Assembly (NCBI GenBank): GCA_964304625.1
Contig: OZ199838.1
Span: 8,605,904 to 8,669,903 of the forward strand
Direction: 5' to 3'
Length of the DNA stretch: 64,000 nucleotides
Source: Kudoa neothunni
Lineage: Eukaryota > Animalia > Cnidaria
Positions 41,875 to 54,315 of the stretch are shown here, in pieces (the stretch's first letter is position 1; every line of letters begins with the position of its first letter). Position numbers and translations under genes: made by a program. The notes under the pieces were generated by a model. The model was not told the DNA's origin, did no database searches, and saw only the letters and a program-made list of their open reading frames with translations.

Positions 41875-42613
41875 CAGTAATGGACCGGTCGTACGTGGCA
41901 CCGCTCGTACGTACATTAGTTATTTTCCATATTAAAGGGTTCTCTCGTATTTAAAATGATTTCAATAATTATTTAATGTCACTATTACTTGCGTTAAATA
42001 ATTTATAAGCATAATTAGTACGAAAAAACGAAAGATAAAAAGTCAGGTGAGGATCGGTCGTAGGTACCTTCTTGCTTTGACCGCGCGATTAAATTAAACG
42101 TTCCTTTCTTTTTTTACCACAATTAAACAATTAGTAAGTTTTTATATTTACACCAATGTGGGAGCTAGTTGAAAAATGAAGGATAAACATAGACACATAT
42201 TGTAGATACGTAGTAGTGTGGTTTATAATGATGTCCGCTCTAATTCGTAGAGGTATCAATGGCGCAATGTGACAGTCCCTCCCCAATAATTCAGAAACGG
42301 GTGATGATTTTATTGATCAAAAATTGAGTCTTTCAGAGATGGCCTTATTTTATTTAGAGGGGCTTAGCAACTATTTTAAACATCATGATTCAAAAAAGTG
42401 TGAGTTGATGTCTGATTCTATTCCAGATGTTTATTCATTTTTAAATCGCAATTAAAAAAAAATTGTCTTTTCATTAATATTTAAGTTATAGCTAGTTTTA
42501 TATTTTAATATTTTTTGTGTGCTTGCGCAAAAAATACATACTATCCGGCCGGGACCGGTAATACGTACAATTTTTTATCCCCAAGGGGATTACGTACGAC
42601 CGATCCATTACAG
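41875..42613. mobile_element. Tc1/pogo-type MITE
   Basis: ta|cagtaatggaccggtcgtacgt ... acgtacgaccgatccattacag|ta. Confidence 0.8.
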
Positions 42614-44453
42614 TAGTTCTAGATCCAACGTAGTTGGCGCACGCATACTGCCGATATGTGCGACCTTAACGTTGCTGCGCCATATTAAAGTGATACGTTC
42701 TAGATTCTAAAAAATGGACTAATATTATTATTATTAATTTTTTTATAATTTCTTCCCTATTTGGATATTGTGAGATATACTATTAATGATGATGAGAATA
42801 ATAAGTAACAATGAGGAGTATTTTCCCAGAATTCTCCATAACGATATTTAGAATTTCCTCATTAATTAAAATATGGCATATTCCAACACTGTACTATTGA
42901 TTAATGATTGTTAAGACCCAATAAGACTTAAAAATGGAAGTGTTATGGGAAAAAACTGATGTGTGAACATCGTTGAATTGAGTGAATTCCGTGGATAAAT
43001 CGGCCTTATTAAGTCACTGTTAGTTTGTGACTAAATAATCCAATAAATTTCATTTTTATATTTTGTTACTCAAGGTAAGATATAAGAGAGTTGTACTTTA
43101 CCGAACATTTATTTGTTTATCATGAACATGGTTGCATTTTGAATATAGAATGCTACATTATCTACGTTACGCTATTTTTTTAATCAAACATGAACTTAAA
43201 TTGAATAAATATCGAACATATGTATAAAAAAAATAAATGTAGGCGCCATTTTAACCAGGCACTAATCTAGACTTCAAGACATTTATATCCGAAAATTCCA
43301 GAAAAAAGTTGTTTCGGATTGCGGTTGCTAAAATTTCGGCTAAACGGGGTTCGGCTGTATATATAAATAAGAAAACATATTCTATTAATTATGTAACAAT
43401 ATTTCAGCCAAATAATTGTAAGGTGTGAATTAAAAAAAGGCTAAAATTGATAATCACGCTATATCGATCTACGTAAAATTGAGACCTTACTTTATTTAGA
43501 AGATTCGTTAAATAATACGCCACACAATGAGGGTTAAATAAATTTTTAAAAGAAGACACCTTTGCGTTACTTGACAATGATCTGGCGTAGAAATTCATTC
43601 ATGAGACAAGCAATTGAAGCTAGTAGAATATATAATATGAAATTTATAAAAAAAGAAAGGCTATTTATTATTTGCTGTATTTAGGAAAAACTAATTAAAC
43701 TTTGTTAATTTATATAAATGATAAAATGATAGGCCGAGATTTGGTGCATATACCGCTATCGCCTATATCCGTGGAAATAAGTTTCTCAAAATCGAGACAT
43801 TTGCATCAAAGTTATGGAGTAAATATGGCGCTTGAACAAATGAGAATACATTAAATATTATATTCTAAGTAAAAATTTTATAAAAAATTATAGTTATGTT
43901 TATTTCATTGAAATTGATAACTGTTTATATCGCGCATGCGCCAGTTTAAAATAACGTCGACTTTTTAAAAAATAGTCGTCTAAAATTACTCGATTATTAT
44001 TGGATAAATCATTGATAATTATAATGAGAAATTTTCATTATTTCCACTCAAATTTGAATAGTCACACTAATATCCCCAGTACGTTTTTAAAGAAAACCCT
44101 TCGAACTACTCAATGTAACGTTTGCCTTAATTAACTTATAATTTTTAAAATTTATAATCGTTTACCACATTTGACTGATTAGATATTTTCGCGCTCTTCC
44201 TCTTAAAATGAAATATGATTGTAGCGTGCAGCATTTAATATTATATCATTGACAATAGCCACTTCCGTAAATTATTCGAAATTAATATTTGATTATTTTG
44301 AAGGATCTATCGGAAGATAAGCAATCACTGGAGCAGTTTTTCAAGCAGTTCCTATTGAGGATTGGCGAAAAAAACACGTCGAATTAATTAAAACAAGTTT
44401 ATGTTATTGTAAATACTCAAATATTTATTTTGGAATTAAACGATTGACAATTT

Positions 44454-47400
44454 CTACGCATCTACAGCTTGTATCTGCACGGAATATTTATCGTCGGATT
44501 GCAATTCATTAAATTTAACCGAAATGACGGCTTGATTGTTGCTTTCGTACAGTGACTGGAGATCAATTTCCGGCGATAACACACTGTCCTCACCGTTGTC
44601 TAGACAGCAATGAACAGCAACCTTCGGGTAGATACAAAGCGTGTGATCAGTAACATAGCATTTATCGATGGTCGCCGTGAATATTTTTCCAAAGTCTACA
44701 CTCAATACTTGGAATTTCTCGTCGATTTTGTTCACATTGGCCAGAAGTTCGCAACGATAATACAGGTGATCCTCGTTATCGTATGCGACTACAGGAGTTC
44801 CTCGTGGTATGAAAGTTTGATCTTTCTCGAATGAGATTGGGGTTCTTTTGTGACAACCTGCAGTAGAAAAATCATTCACCAGGCGGAGTGTTATGACATT
44901 CAAGTCGGAGGTGCATCCACTTTCAAACAAATGTACGTAGAAATCGCTTTCATCGTTAAAGTGCGATATCAATGCGTCAAATTGAGATCCCACTGTCACA
45001 TGTCTTGAGGCCAATCTTATGAGGTTCAACTCATTGCTAGGATACTCCATGACTTCTATTTTTAACTCAGAAGTTTGTTTTTTATCGTCCACAGTTAGAC
45101 TGATTAAATCTTCGGTTAATAAACTGGCAGACTTGGATGCTGGGTTGAAGGTTTGGATGAGTGAACTGGCAGCGTTCTGAGAAGCGTGTGTTGACACTAC
45201 ATCAACAACGTATTTCAGCACTCGAGTACGTTCAACTGATACAACTGTCAACACAGCTTCTTGGTTGTTTTTCAACAGTGATTTTACAGTGTTTCTACAC
45301 TTGGTATCACCAGTACAGAGAATCGATTGTTCAGCCACCTGAGAATACAGCTCCGATGTGTGATACAAGTTGTCCACAGAAATCACACTCTTATTTCCAC
45401 TGTCCACATCAAAGACCAAATAAGATCCATCTTGAATGGAATAGAGAATCCTTCCTCTATGGACACCACCGTCACTCATCACATATAGGCAAGGAGTGTT
45501 TACTTCAAGTGTGTTGTTGTTAGCGTCATCACTGTTTTCACTGTCACTCCCAACAAAACGTTTTGACGATTGTACACTCAAATTTTTCTTAATTAATGCT
45601 ACCAATGACTTAGAAAAGTTGTCAGCAAGGTTCACATAAAAGTTTTGCCCATTAATGTTAGTAGGTCGGAAACAATACTCGTTTCCAACCTGTAACAAGA
45701 TATTGTTTGGAGAATCGGATGAACCTCTAGATGTGGAAGAAGCTGTTGCCGACGGAGTGATGGCCGAATCAGCGTTCGCAGAATTAAACGTAGAATTCGA
45801 AACCTTGGAAGGATGGATGATGTTGACCACGGATTTTTCAGGGGATGCAGTAATTTCCAAATCAAGACTTAAAACATGAGTTCTTCCATCAATCATAACA
45901 ACTTTGGCAGTAAAATCGCCACCATCAGTTGAGGCTTTTTCGTGGAAATGTTTCACACTTTTAAAACTGCATTCAATTGCTTGATACTGGAAGTTCACAA
46001 ATCGATCATGGAAACACGTTTTCAAGCTTGAAAATGGAATCTGTTCCTTGTTTCCAAAGTCTACAAACAACACATTCGCCATAATGTTGGATCCATTTGA
46101 TGATTCAGCAGAAGTACTAACGATCACAGCACGATAGAGACATCCTTCGAATGGAGCAACAACCAAAGCACCAACTTTAGGAGGTCCCACGATCGGATCC
46201 AGCTTGGTGGTGTTGAGAAAATCGTTAAAGTCGTGCATTCTCTCCTCCACAGTGTTGTTGTTGATCACACAATAGAATTTGTTTGGTTTCTCTATGTGCG
46301 TAACAACAAGAGGAACAATTTCGTTCGGAGGAATACGCACAAACTTCTTTGTACTAGCATCAGGGCAGTTAGACACATGAACCTTTGGAATGGTTGGATT
46401 TTCCGGTGTCGGCTGGCTTTGTGGTGGTTTATGCTGTACAGACTCTGCGAACATTGATTTCATCGCATTGAGACTATCTACTGACAACGACTTATTTTTG
46501 TCGAACATAGCAGTCGATTTTGCCAAATTATTCTTGCCAATGCTTGACGAACAAGTTGACTCATGTGTCGCTTCATCTTCCGCCAAGCATTTACCACTAC
46601 AATATCCAACTTTATTGCATTTATCGCAGCGGAATTTTATTTCCGGCTTTCCGCAACATTCACACTTTTGGTTGAACGGCGAACTTGAACTTGAATCTAA
46701 AAAAATCAACAATCACTAACACATTTCGTCAACCGTTTGTAATAGGTTACGAGAAACCATTATAAATCTATAGTGTTGGGTTGGAGTCAAAAAAAGTTAA
46801 ACATCTAGTCCCAAGAGGACGCAAATTTGTGGCAATTTTGAACAATGAGTCGATATTGACGACAAACCCCAACACATTAATGACACATCGCTTTCGCATA
46901 CCCTGTCGTTTCGATGGTGTTTTAGTGAAATTATCTGGTGAAAACTCTTCAGAAAAACCTCTGCTATTGGTAGCCAGTGACACTACCAATGGTTTTAATT
47001 GTTTTTCCGGATCAAGATTTTTCCCGTTGAACCTTTTCATTGCAGTAACTGCTTCTATTTCGGTGTTGTAGGTGACAAAACCATAAGAATAGGGTAGTTC
47101 AGGATTGGTAGTTTTGAGCTTAGCATGAACAACATGGCCAGCTGTTTCAAAAATTTCCCTCAATTTATTCTATATTTTCTACCATATATCAAACATTCGC
47201 GCAACCAAATACTTTATTAATCAATTTATGAGGTATATTGCGAATGTACAACTGGATACCAGAATTTTCATAATGAGAATTGTTATTTGTAGACGCAGAT
47301 TGTACTCTAAATTTCATCTTTAACAAAAATTTAGCAAAAAAAATCACTTGGGTAAATCGGAAAGTCTTCTAATAGCATCTGTCATATTCATTGGACGGTA

Positions 47401-47572
47401 TGAATTAAAAACTGGGCAGTTGTAATCTTCTTTCATGGGATCCCAATTATCAAGATTTTCAGTCTTTTCTCTGCACAAAATATTTTTATAAAGTAAATAT
47501 CCAACAAGATAATTACACTGAAGAGGCTTCATTGTTTGATACTAAAGTTTTTGGCATCCAGCCTCCTGCCAT
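44454..47572 (-). CDS. Vreteno/TDRD1-like piRNA-pathway protein (RRM + MYND zinc finger + three Tudor domains), ~927 aa
   Basis: Exons 47572-47517, 47470-47348, 47306-47213, 47169-46902 and 46696-44454 are in frame (introns 46, 41, 43, 205 nt). N-terminal DNWDPMKEDYN motif; RNP2 LYIRNIP and RNP1 SYGFVTY; MYND CECCG...RCDKC...YCSGKC...H...C; Tudor motifs LYRAVI..LFVDFGN, VHRGRI..DVDSGN, YYRCEL..SVDFG. Confidence 0.9.
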
Positions 47573-49680
47573 CTTGCACGTACCACCAGGATAATCTTAA
47601 TATTGATTTGTCCGCTGAATTATATCCAATAGTATTAAAATCAGATTTTAATTTTTGGCGTTACTCTACTAAAACGAGAAATTTTAAAAATGCTGTTTTA
47701 TTATAATTAATATTCTTAACGATTTTTATGACACACTTAACTTAGTTGTTAAGGTTGATTGATATGTGAAGTATTTAACTTTTAGTATTTTTAAAATATG
47801 ATTTAGTTTGAAGTGATGAGCATGCTAATTGGTTTAGGATCAGTTTTCACACATTTATGTATGGGAGTTATATCCACGTTAATCATGATGTTTAATTCTA
47901 TAACGATAACAATATTATATTTCACAACTTAACACTCTGATACGATTCCTATTTGAGAGTAATAACTTGACTCAACATTTAAATTAAAATTACATGGGTT
48001 TTAATTAGTTAAATAGGTGAACTACCAAATGTTTAAAGTTATCATAAACTATCGCTTATTTTCGCCCATTTCGAAAGTGGGATTAATCTTTATCTTTAAA
48101 AGTGGGAGATTAGCTCATGCTTACCACGAGTTTTGATATTTTGTTGTTATCACCAGAACCGAAGAATTTTTAGATATTAGTAATGATAAATAATTAGACA
48201 ATATGATTTGATACTAATAAATTTTAATTTATTCATAGGATTGCACCTTAAACTTTATCGGTTCAAGCGGCTTATAATTCGGTGGCATGATATAGTTTGT
48301 ATTGTCTCGTAATATATAACCTAAATTTTATTAACTTAGAAATTTTAATCGTTTCACAGTTGGGGGAAGCTGGGAAAGTTATTGATATGGGGTTGATTAA
48401 CGAAGCAAAAAAGCAGCGGTTAACGACTTTTATTTTATTTACAAAACCGATATTAAATTTTTTAATTACTAACGAAATAGTTCGTGATATTAATAATCCA
48501 TAGTTAATTGTAGTAAGTATGCTAATTCAATGCTGCTTCCTCTTCATAGTTACGAATTATAATTTGAAAACTAGAGCCTGAAATGGGTAATGGCGTAGAA
48601 GTAGGATTCTTAAAAATTATCTTTTGCGCATCTTTTTTTCCTAATCTTTTATGATTGATAATAATAATAATAAAAGAATATAGAGAGCGAGGATTTAACT
48701 AATCATGATAACCTTTAATTTTTTTACCGGATCTCCAATACAACGCTGTCAACTGCTCACACTCACGTGAAATCTTCGTTCAATTTAAAAAAACAAAAAA
48801 AAACGCATTTTATTTCTCTAATATCAACTTTCAAGTTAATCTTAAATTTAAAAAAATTTTTTTTACTATTGTTTCTTGTTCATGATTATGATTTGAAGAA
48901 TTAAATAAGCTTCACACCATTTATTATAGGTTATTCTCTCTATCATTTTTTGTGTTTACAATATGAATTTTTTAAAATAACATTACAATTGAGAAACTCT
49001 TTTTTTAGTTTATAAATTTTTTGGGTCAAAATGTTTGCATCGAAGAAAAATTTATAAGCATCTTATCATTAAAATTTGACAGTAAAATTTTTATCGTGGG
49101 TATAGAAACAACTTTTTGGCTTTACTACGGTTTAAAGTATTTCCCGCCCAAGATGCAAACGTGGCGCGCGCTAGTTAGTTTTTAAGAATTAAGATTCAGA
49201 TATGCCTGTTGAACCAGAAATTATTAATAAAATCAAAAGAAAATACGAAAAATTAAAAAAGATGAATGAAATTCATTATACCCTGAAAAAATATCATTAG
49301 TGCCAATGGACTGGAATTCCAAAGAACAGGGTTCGGCAACCGATACGGCCTGAAGAGCCAATTATTGATGGCAGGGAAAATTATCCAATTAGTCTATCTA
49401 CGCGTTTTTCTATAGCTAATTAACCTATTATTTTTATTATTAGTATTTAAATGCAGGGAGAAGTAATAAAAATAAAAAAAGTTTCCATTTGAAATTGTCT
49501 GATTACTTCAAGTAATATTGTAATTTCGTTTTCGATAATTTTCATTATGATGAATTAGAAATTTTACAATTTACCTCTATATAACAAATATACGGTATAA
49601 AATTCACGTTCATGAATATTATCGTCAACAAAACGAAAATTTTAACCATATAATTTAATCATTTAAAATTGAAAGAATTA

Positions 49681-52600
49681 CAGTAGGTAATCGGTTTCAC
49701 GCACGTTCGATTTCACGCACTTTTTAAAAACTACTTATTTTGACTAAGAGACGAAATATTGATTCAATAATAATTTTTTATAAACAATTTTATCAGTTTT
49801 TTTTTGAAAAATAAAGTACCCATATGTCACGTTTTTGACCGGTTTCACGCACTCTGTTGGGGCTGAGTTTGTTGATAATTTTGTTGTTTTTTATTTTAAT
49901 GGCTAGAATAACATCAAGAATACGAACTTTAACAGAAAAATATAAATAAATTTTATGATAATATACTGCCCAAATATGCGAAAGCCGCTACTACCAAACA
50001 TTTTAAATTGTCCTCAATTACGACTCTCGAAGGAATTTTAAAAATGAGAGAAAACATTATGAAAATTTATGAAGGAAGTCTCCTCTCTAAAAATGAAAAC
50101 ATCTGAATAATGGGTCAAATAGTGATATCGATTAAGAGGTGTACGACTGGATCTGTTACACAAGAAGAAAAAAGATCGAATTAAGCGCCGCGAATATCAG
50201 ATAAAAGAAATGAGTCTGTTAATCGTAAGAATTTGCCATCAACTACAACGCATGGATGGTTTCGTTGCTTTAAAAAAAGATATAATATTAAAAAAGTTAA
50301 TTTTCACGGTGAATCCGACGACGTTGATCCTAAAACTACAACAGAAGGGATGTGTAAAATTGAAGCGCTTCGTGATGGTTATTTAGAGGATTGCATTTAC
50401 AACATTGATGAGACGGGTTTGCTATATCAACAACAGCGTGGTAAATACTTCTCAATTTATTTTGTAATGGTCTTTTAAGGTAACAGTTATGTTCATTCAT
50501 CCGAGAACAATATGAGAGGGACTAAAAAATCAAGAAACCGTTTAACTGTTTTATTGGGAGCTCCGTTAAGTGGAGAAAAGCTAGATCCATTGGTAATCGG
50601 ACCGAATAAAAAACCACGTTGCTTCAAGAATTTTAAGAAGTTAACGCTTTTATTCGAATCAAACAAAAAGGCTTGGATGACTCGGGATATTTTCTTGAGT
50701 TACATTTCGAAAATTAATGATGACTTTATTAAACAAGACAAAAAGGTTTTACTATTTTTAGACAACGTGACCTCCCATTTTCAAAAAGATTTTTCCAACG
50801 TAAAATTAATATGCCTCCAAACACCGTTAGCGTTTTGCAGCCTGTAGATCAGGGGTCGGCAACCAGAATGGGTTGCCGGGCCGGATAATAAAATTGAACT
50901 AGAAGGCGGGCCATAATATGTATGAATCATTTAGCTGTAATGAATTTTTTACAATGCAATTGGATACTGGCTAAAGACATTCGCATTGCGATACTTAAAA
51001 TTATTCGTTTCAGTGCGACGCGAAAAAAACAAATTTTCAAAATTTTTTCTTAAAATTGATACATAATAATTAATGAGAAATTTGTTTATTTGTTTTTTTC
51101 GCTACTTCAGAGATAAAAATTTCCAGCTTCGTTGTAGAGAGCAACAAGATGTCATCGAGATGGTCATCACGTAACCAACTCCGCAACGTACTTTTGGTAT
51201 ATTTTAATTTCGAGAATAGCTGTTCGCGTGCATAAGTGCTCCTAAATAGCGATATCATTATTTTCGAGTTTTCCAATAAATGTTTGTATTTTCCAGTCGG
51301 CAATAGATAGTTTTTGTAAAAGTTTATAGTAGAAACTCCCAAAAATTTCGACTCCAGATCCTTATCTGATTGCAGGTCAATTAATTCTAATTGATACCTT
51401 TCATCTATTTCTTCTACGTCGATTCCATATAGGGTACTGAAAAGTTCAAACTTATGTTTATAATTTCGAAAGTCGTGAAATCGAGAAGAAAATTCATCCT
51501 TTAAATCAGTAACACCGGCTGAAAACAAATCAACTTGTATATCGTTTTTACGATTTTGTAAGTTAGGAAAATGAGAATAATTACCCCTTTGAAGCTGTTT
51601 CTCCCAAAGTTGAAGTTTTCTTTCGAAGGAGGTAACTTGATAAAACATGTCGGACACAAGTTTGTTTTTTCCTTGGAGCTCGAGGTTTAAGTTATTAATG
51701 TGATTGGAAATATCAGTCAAAAATGCCAATTTAGCAAGCCACAATGGATCTTGAAAACAAGAGTTGTCTTGATTTTTAGCTGCTAGAAAATCGGAAATCT
51801 CATTTTTTAAAACGTACACTCTTTGTAACATGTTTCCACAACTTAGCCATCTAATATTAGAAAAGTATGTCAGATCACCGTATTCAGTTTCCAAGTCATT
51901 CAAAAATTCTTTAAATTGACGATGATTCAGGCCTTTGGATAAAATAAAATTTACAGATTTTATAACAGACGTCATAACTTCTTTAAAGGTAACGACTTGG
52001 CGCAGAGTGTGTCTTGGTGAAGAATACAATGTAGTTTAATAAGATTTCTGTTATTACCAACATAATTATCCAGCAAAGCAACAAAACCATTTTTGTCGCC
52101 TACCACTGCTGGTGCTCCATCCATTGTAACCCCAATTAATTTTGATGTGTTAAGGTTCATTTCACTCATCCACTTCATGATACAATCGAATATATTTTTT
52201 TTCTGTTGTAGTGCTTTTCATTGGATTTAATTTCGCAAATTCTTCAACAACATTCAATTGTGATGTTATACCCCTCATAAAAACTGCAAGTTGTGCGGTA
52301 TCCGTCATATCGGTAGTTTCGTCGCTAACAATTGAAAAATATTCATGGAATTCGAAAGCATTTATTAGTTTAGTTCTTAAAGTTCCTGCTATATCCTCGA
52401 TACGTCTCGCAACAGTTCTTCCTGATAGACTGATTTCGGAAACAATTTTTTTTTCTCAGGGCACACTATTTCAGAAACTTTTAATAGTATTTCTTTGAAA
52501 AATTCTCCATCAGTAAAAGTCTTCATCCTTTTCGCAATCAAATTTGATATTTCATAACTAGCCAAAGTAATTTTACAATTATTTTCAACTTGATTTGTAA

Positions 52601-54297
52601 AGAATGATGATTGTTTTGTCAAGTTTTTTTTTCAGACGCTCTGTTTCTTGTTCTCTTTCTAGTTCTGTAAATCCGTCGTAACGACTGTGGTGAGTTTCGT
52701 AGTGTCTTAACATTAGTAATTTTTTTAACTGCGACACTTTCTTGGCAAATTAAACACAGGCATCTATCAAAATGCCCAACAATAAAGTATTTTATTGTCC
52801 AATCTTCTTTGAAAGTTCTTTTTTCAGAATCAACTTTTCTTTTCCTACCTTCCATTTCAACGAATTTAACACACGAGGGAGACTAGTGAGTTCAAACACG
52901 TGTATCATTAAATTTTGATATATTCAATAACAACTCAATAATGGTTGTCCATAATATCTTGCTTGCTTTTAATTTTGGTTGTATCTTATCATCGATTGAA
53001 TAATTGTTGAAACGTCGCTGTTATAAATTTGGAATATCATACGCTGCAGCCAAGTAGAAATATAACTAGCATTCGACGTTTTTTACATAGAAATGACTAA
53101 TTTTATATCAATTCTTATTTAAAGTTGACTTTATTGATGCTGTACTTAATATTTTCTATGATTAAACGATGGGTCGAAATTGCAAAAATCAATAATTAAA
53201 CTTCTGCTTCCACCACAATAGGACTAGCACCATAAAATTAATAATACTACTAAAAAACTGATGTTAAGAATATTATAACTTTTATTTTGTTTCGCATACA
53301 TTCTATTTAAAAAAGTGGATAATATATAATTAACTCCGTTTAATTTTCTATTAAACATATTTATGCGGTGAAACGGTCGATTATAAAAATTAAACAAATT
53401 ATACAATCTCTATCGGTCAAACAAAGTTTTTATAATTGAAAGCCTCGCGGGCCGGTCGTTGCCGACCCCTGCTTTAGATCATGCTACAAAAAGTCGATGA
53501 TGGCACGATTCATTTCGTGTGCTGAAATGGGAATAGAGCTAACTCCTCCAAACGTTTTTGAAGCAATGTGATTAATTTAAACTGCCTGGGAGAGCGTTTC
53601 TAAAAATACAATCACAAATTGTTTCATAAAAGCAGGATTTTCCTTGTTAAGATCTGCCTCAACTCAATATGATTTACTAGCCGAAAACGGTGAAAAAGTT
53701 GCTGATAATTTGATTACGAATGAAATAACCGAAATGACAAAAGAAGACAAATCATACGTAGCTCTCAATTATAGTGACTTTGACTTTTCCTGACCAAAGT
53801 GATCAAATACTAAACACGATTGAGATATTTGATGATTTTATTTTTTTAATATTGTAACGCTGATGATGCAGAACAATTTGACACGGATGGGACACACGAT
53901 GTGGAAAAACTCCCCAGCAACAAAATTATTACCTGCAAAAAGGTTTCGGAATATTCAAAGGCATTTAAATCATTTTTTAGGGTGCATGATGATAAACAAA
54001 ACATTATTTTGAATGCAAAAGATGAGTCGATACTTAAGATTCTCTCAAACAACATGAAACAAGCTAAAATTACCAAATATTTTTCTCGAACATAATTTAT
54101 TTGATTTTCCATTTAAACATATTATATTTATCTTCCATTATTGAATAATAATAAAATTTTTGAATGAATGGGTAGCAATAAAAAATAAATTTCCCGTTAA
54201 TGTTCGCTCGCATTAAAGTAATGTAGAATCGGTCGTGACCAATTTCACGCATTTTTCCCTGGTCCCTGAAGAAGTGCGTGAAACCGGTTATCTACTG
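49681..54297 (+). mobile_element. pogo/Tigger element interrupted by a hAT
   Basis: ta|cagtaggtaatcggtttcacgcac ... gtgcgtgaaaccggttatctactg|ta. Motifs GWFRCFKKRY, YNIDETGLLY, KAWMT, LLFLDNVTSH and LQPVD; the C-terminal part resumes after 53479. Confidence 0.92.
50850..53471 (-). mobile_element. Near full-length hAT (Buster/SPIN/GTF2IRD2-like) element
   Basis: TIRs caggggtcggcaac / gttgccgacccctg; TSD ctgtagat/ctttagat. Transposase 52855-51070 is split by about four frameshifts (CLICQESVAV, DETTD, TMDGAPAVVG, HCILHQ, IRWLS, STYAREQLFS, QISH). Confidence 0.93.
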
Positions 54298-54315
54298 TAC
54301 CTAATTTATAACGTA

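Noticed and set aside
42640-42690. Hammerhead ribozyme (ctgccga resembles CUGANGA)
   Set aside because: Core mismatch and no GAAA element.
43404-43960. Possible minus-strand gene with a GCGCATGCGC promoter motif
   Set aside because: No in-frame spliced model could be built; the sequence looks like MITE debris.
44610-47071. Several plus-strand ORFs over the Tudor gene
   Set aside because: Antisense shadows of a relatively GC-rich coding region.
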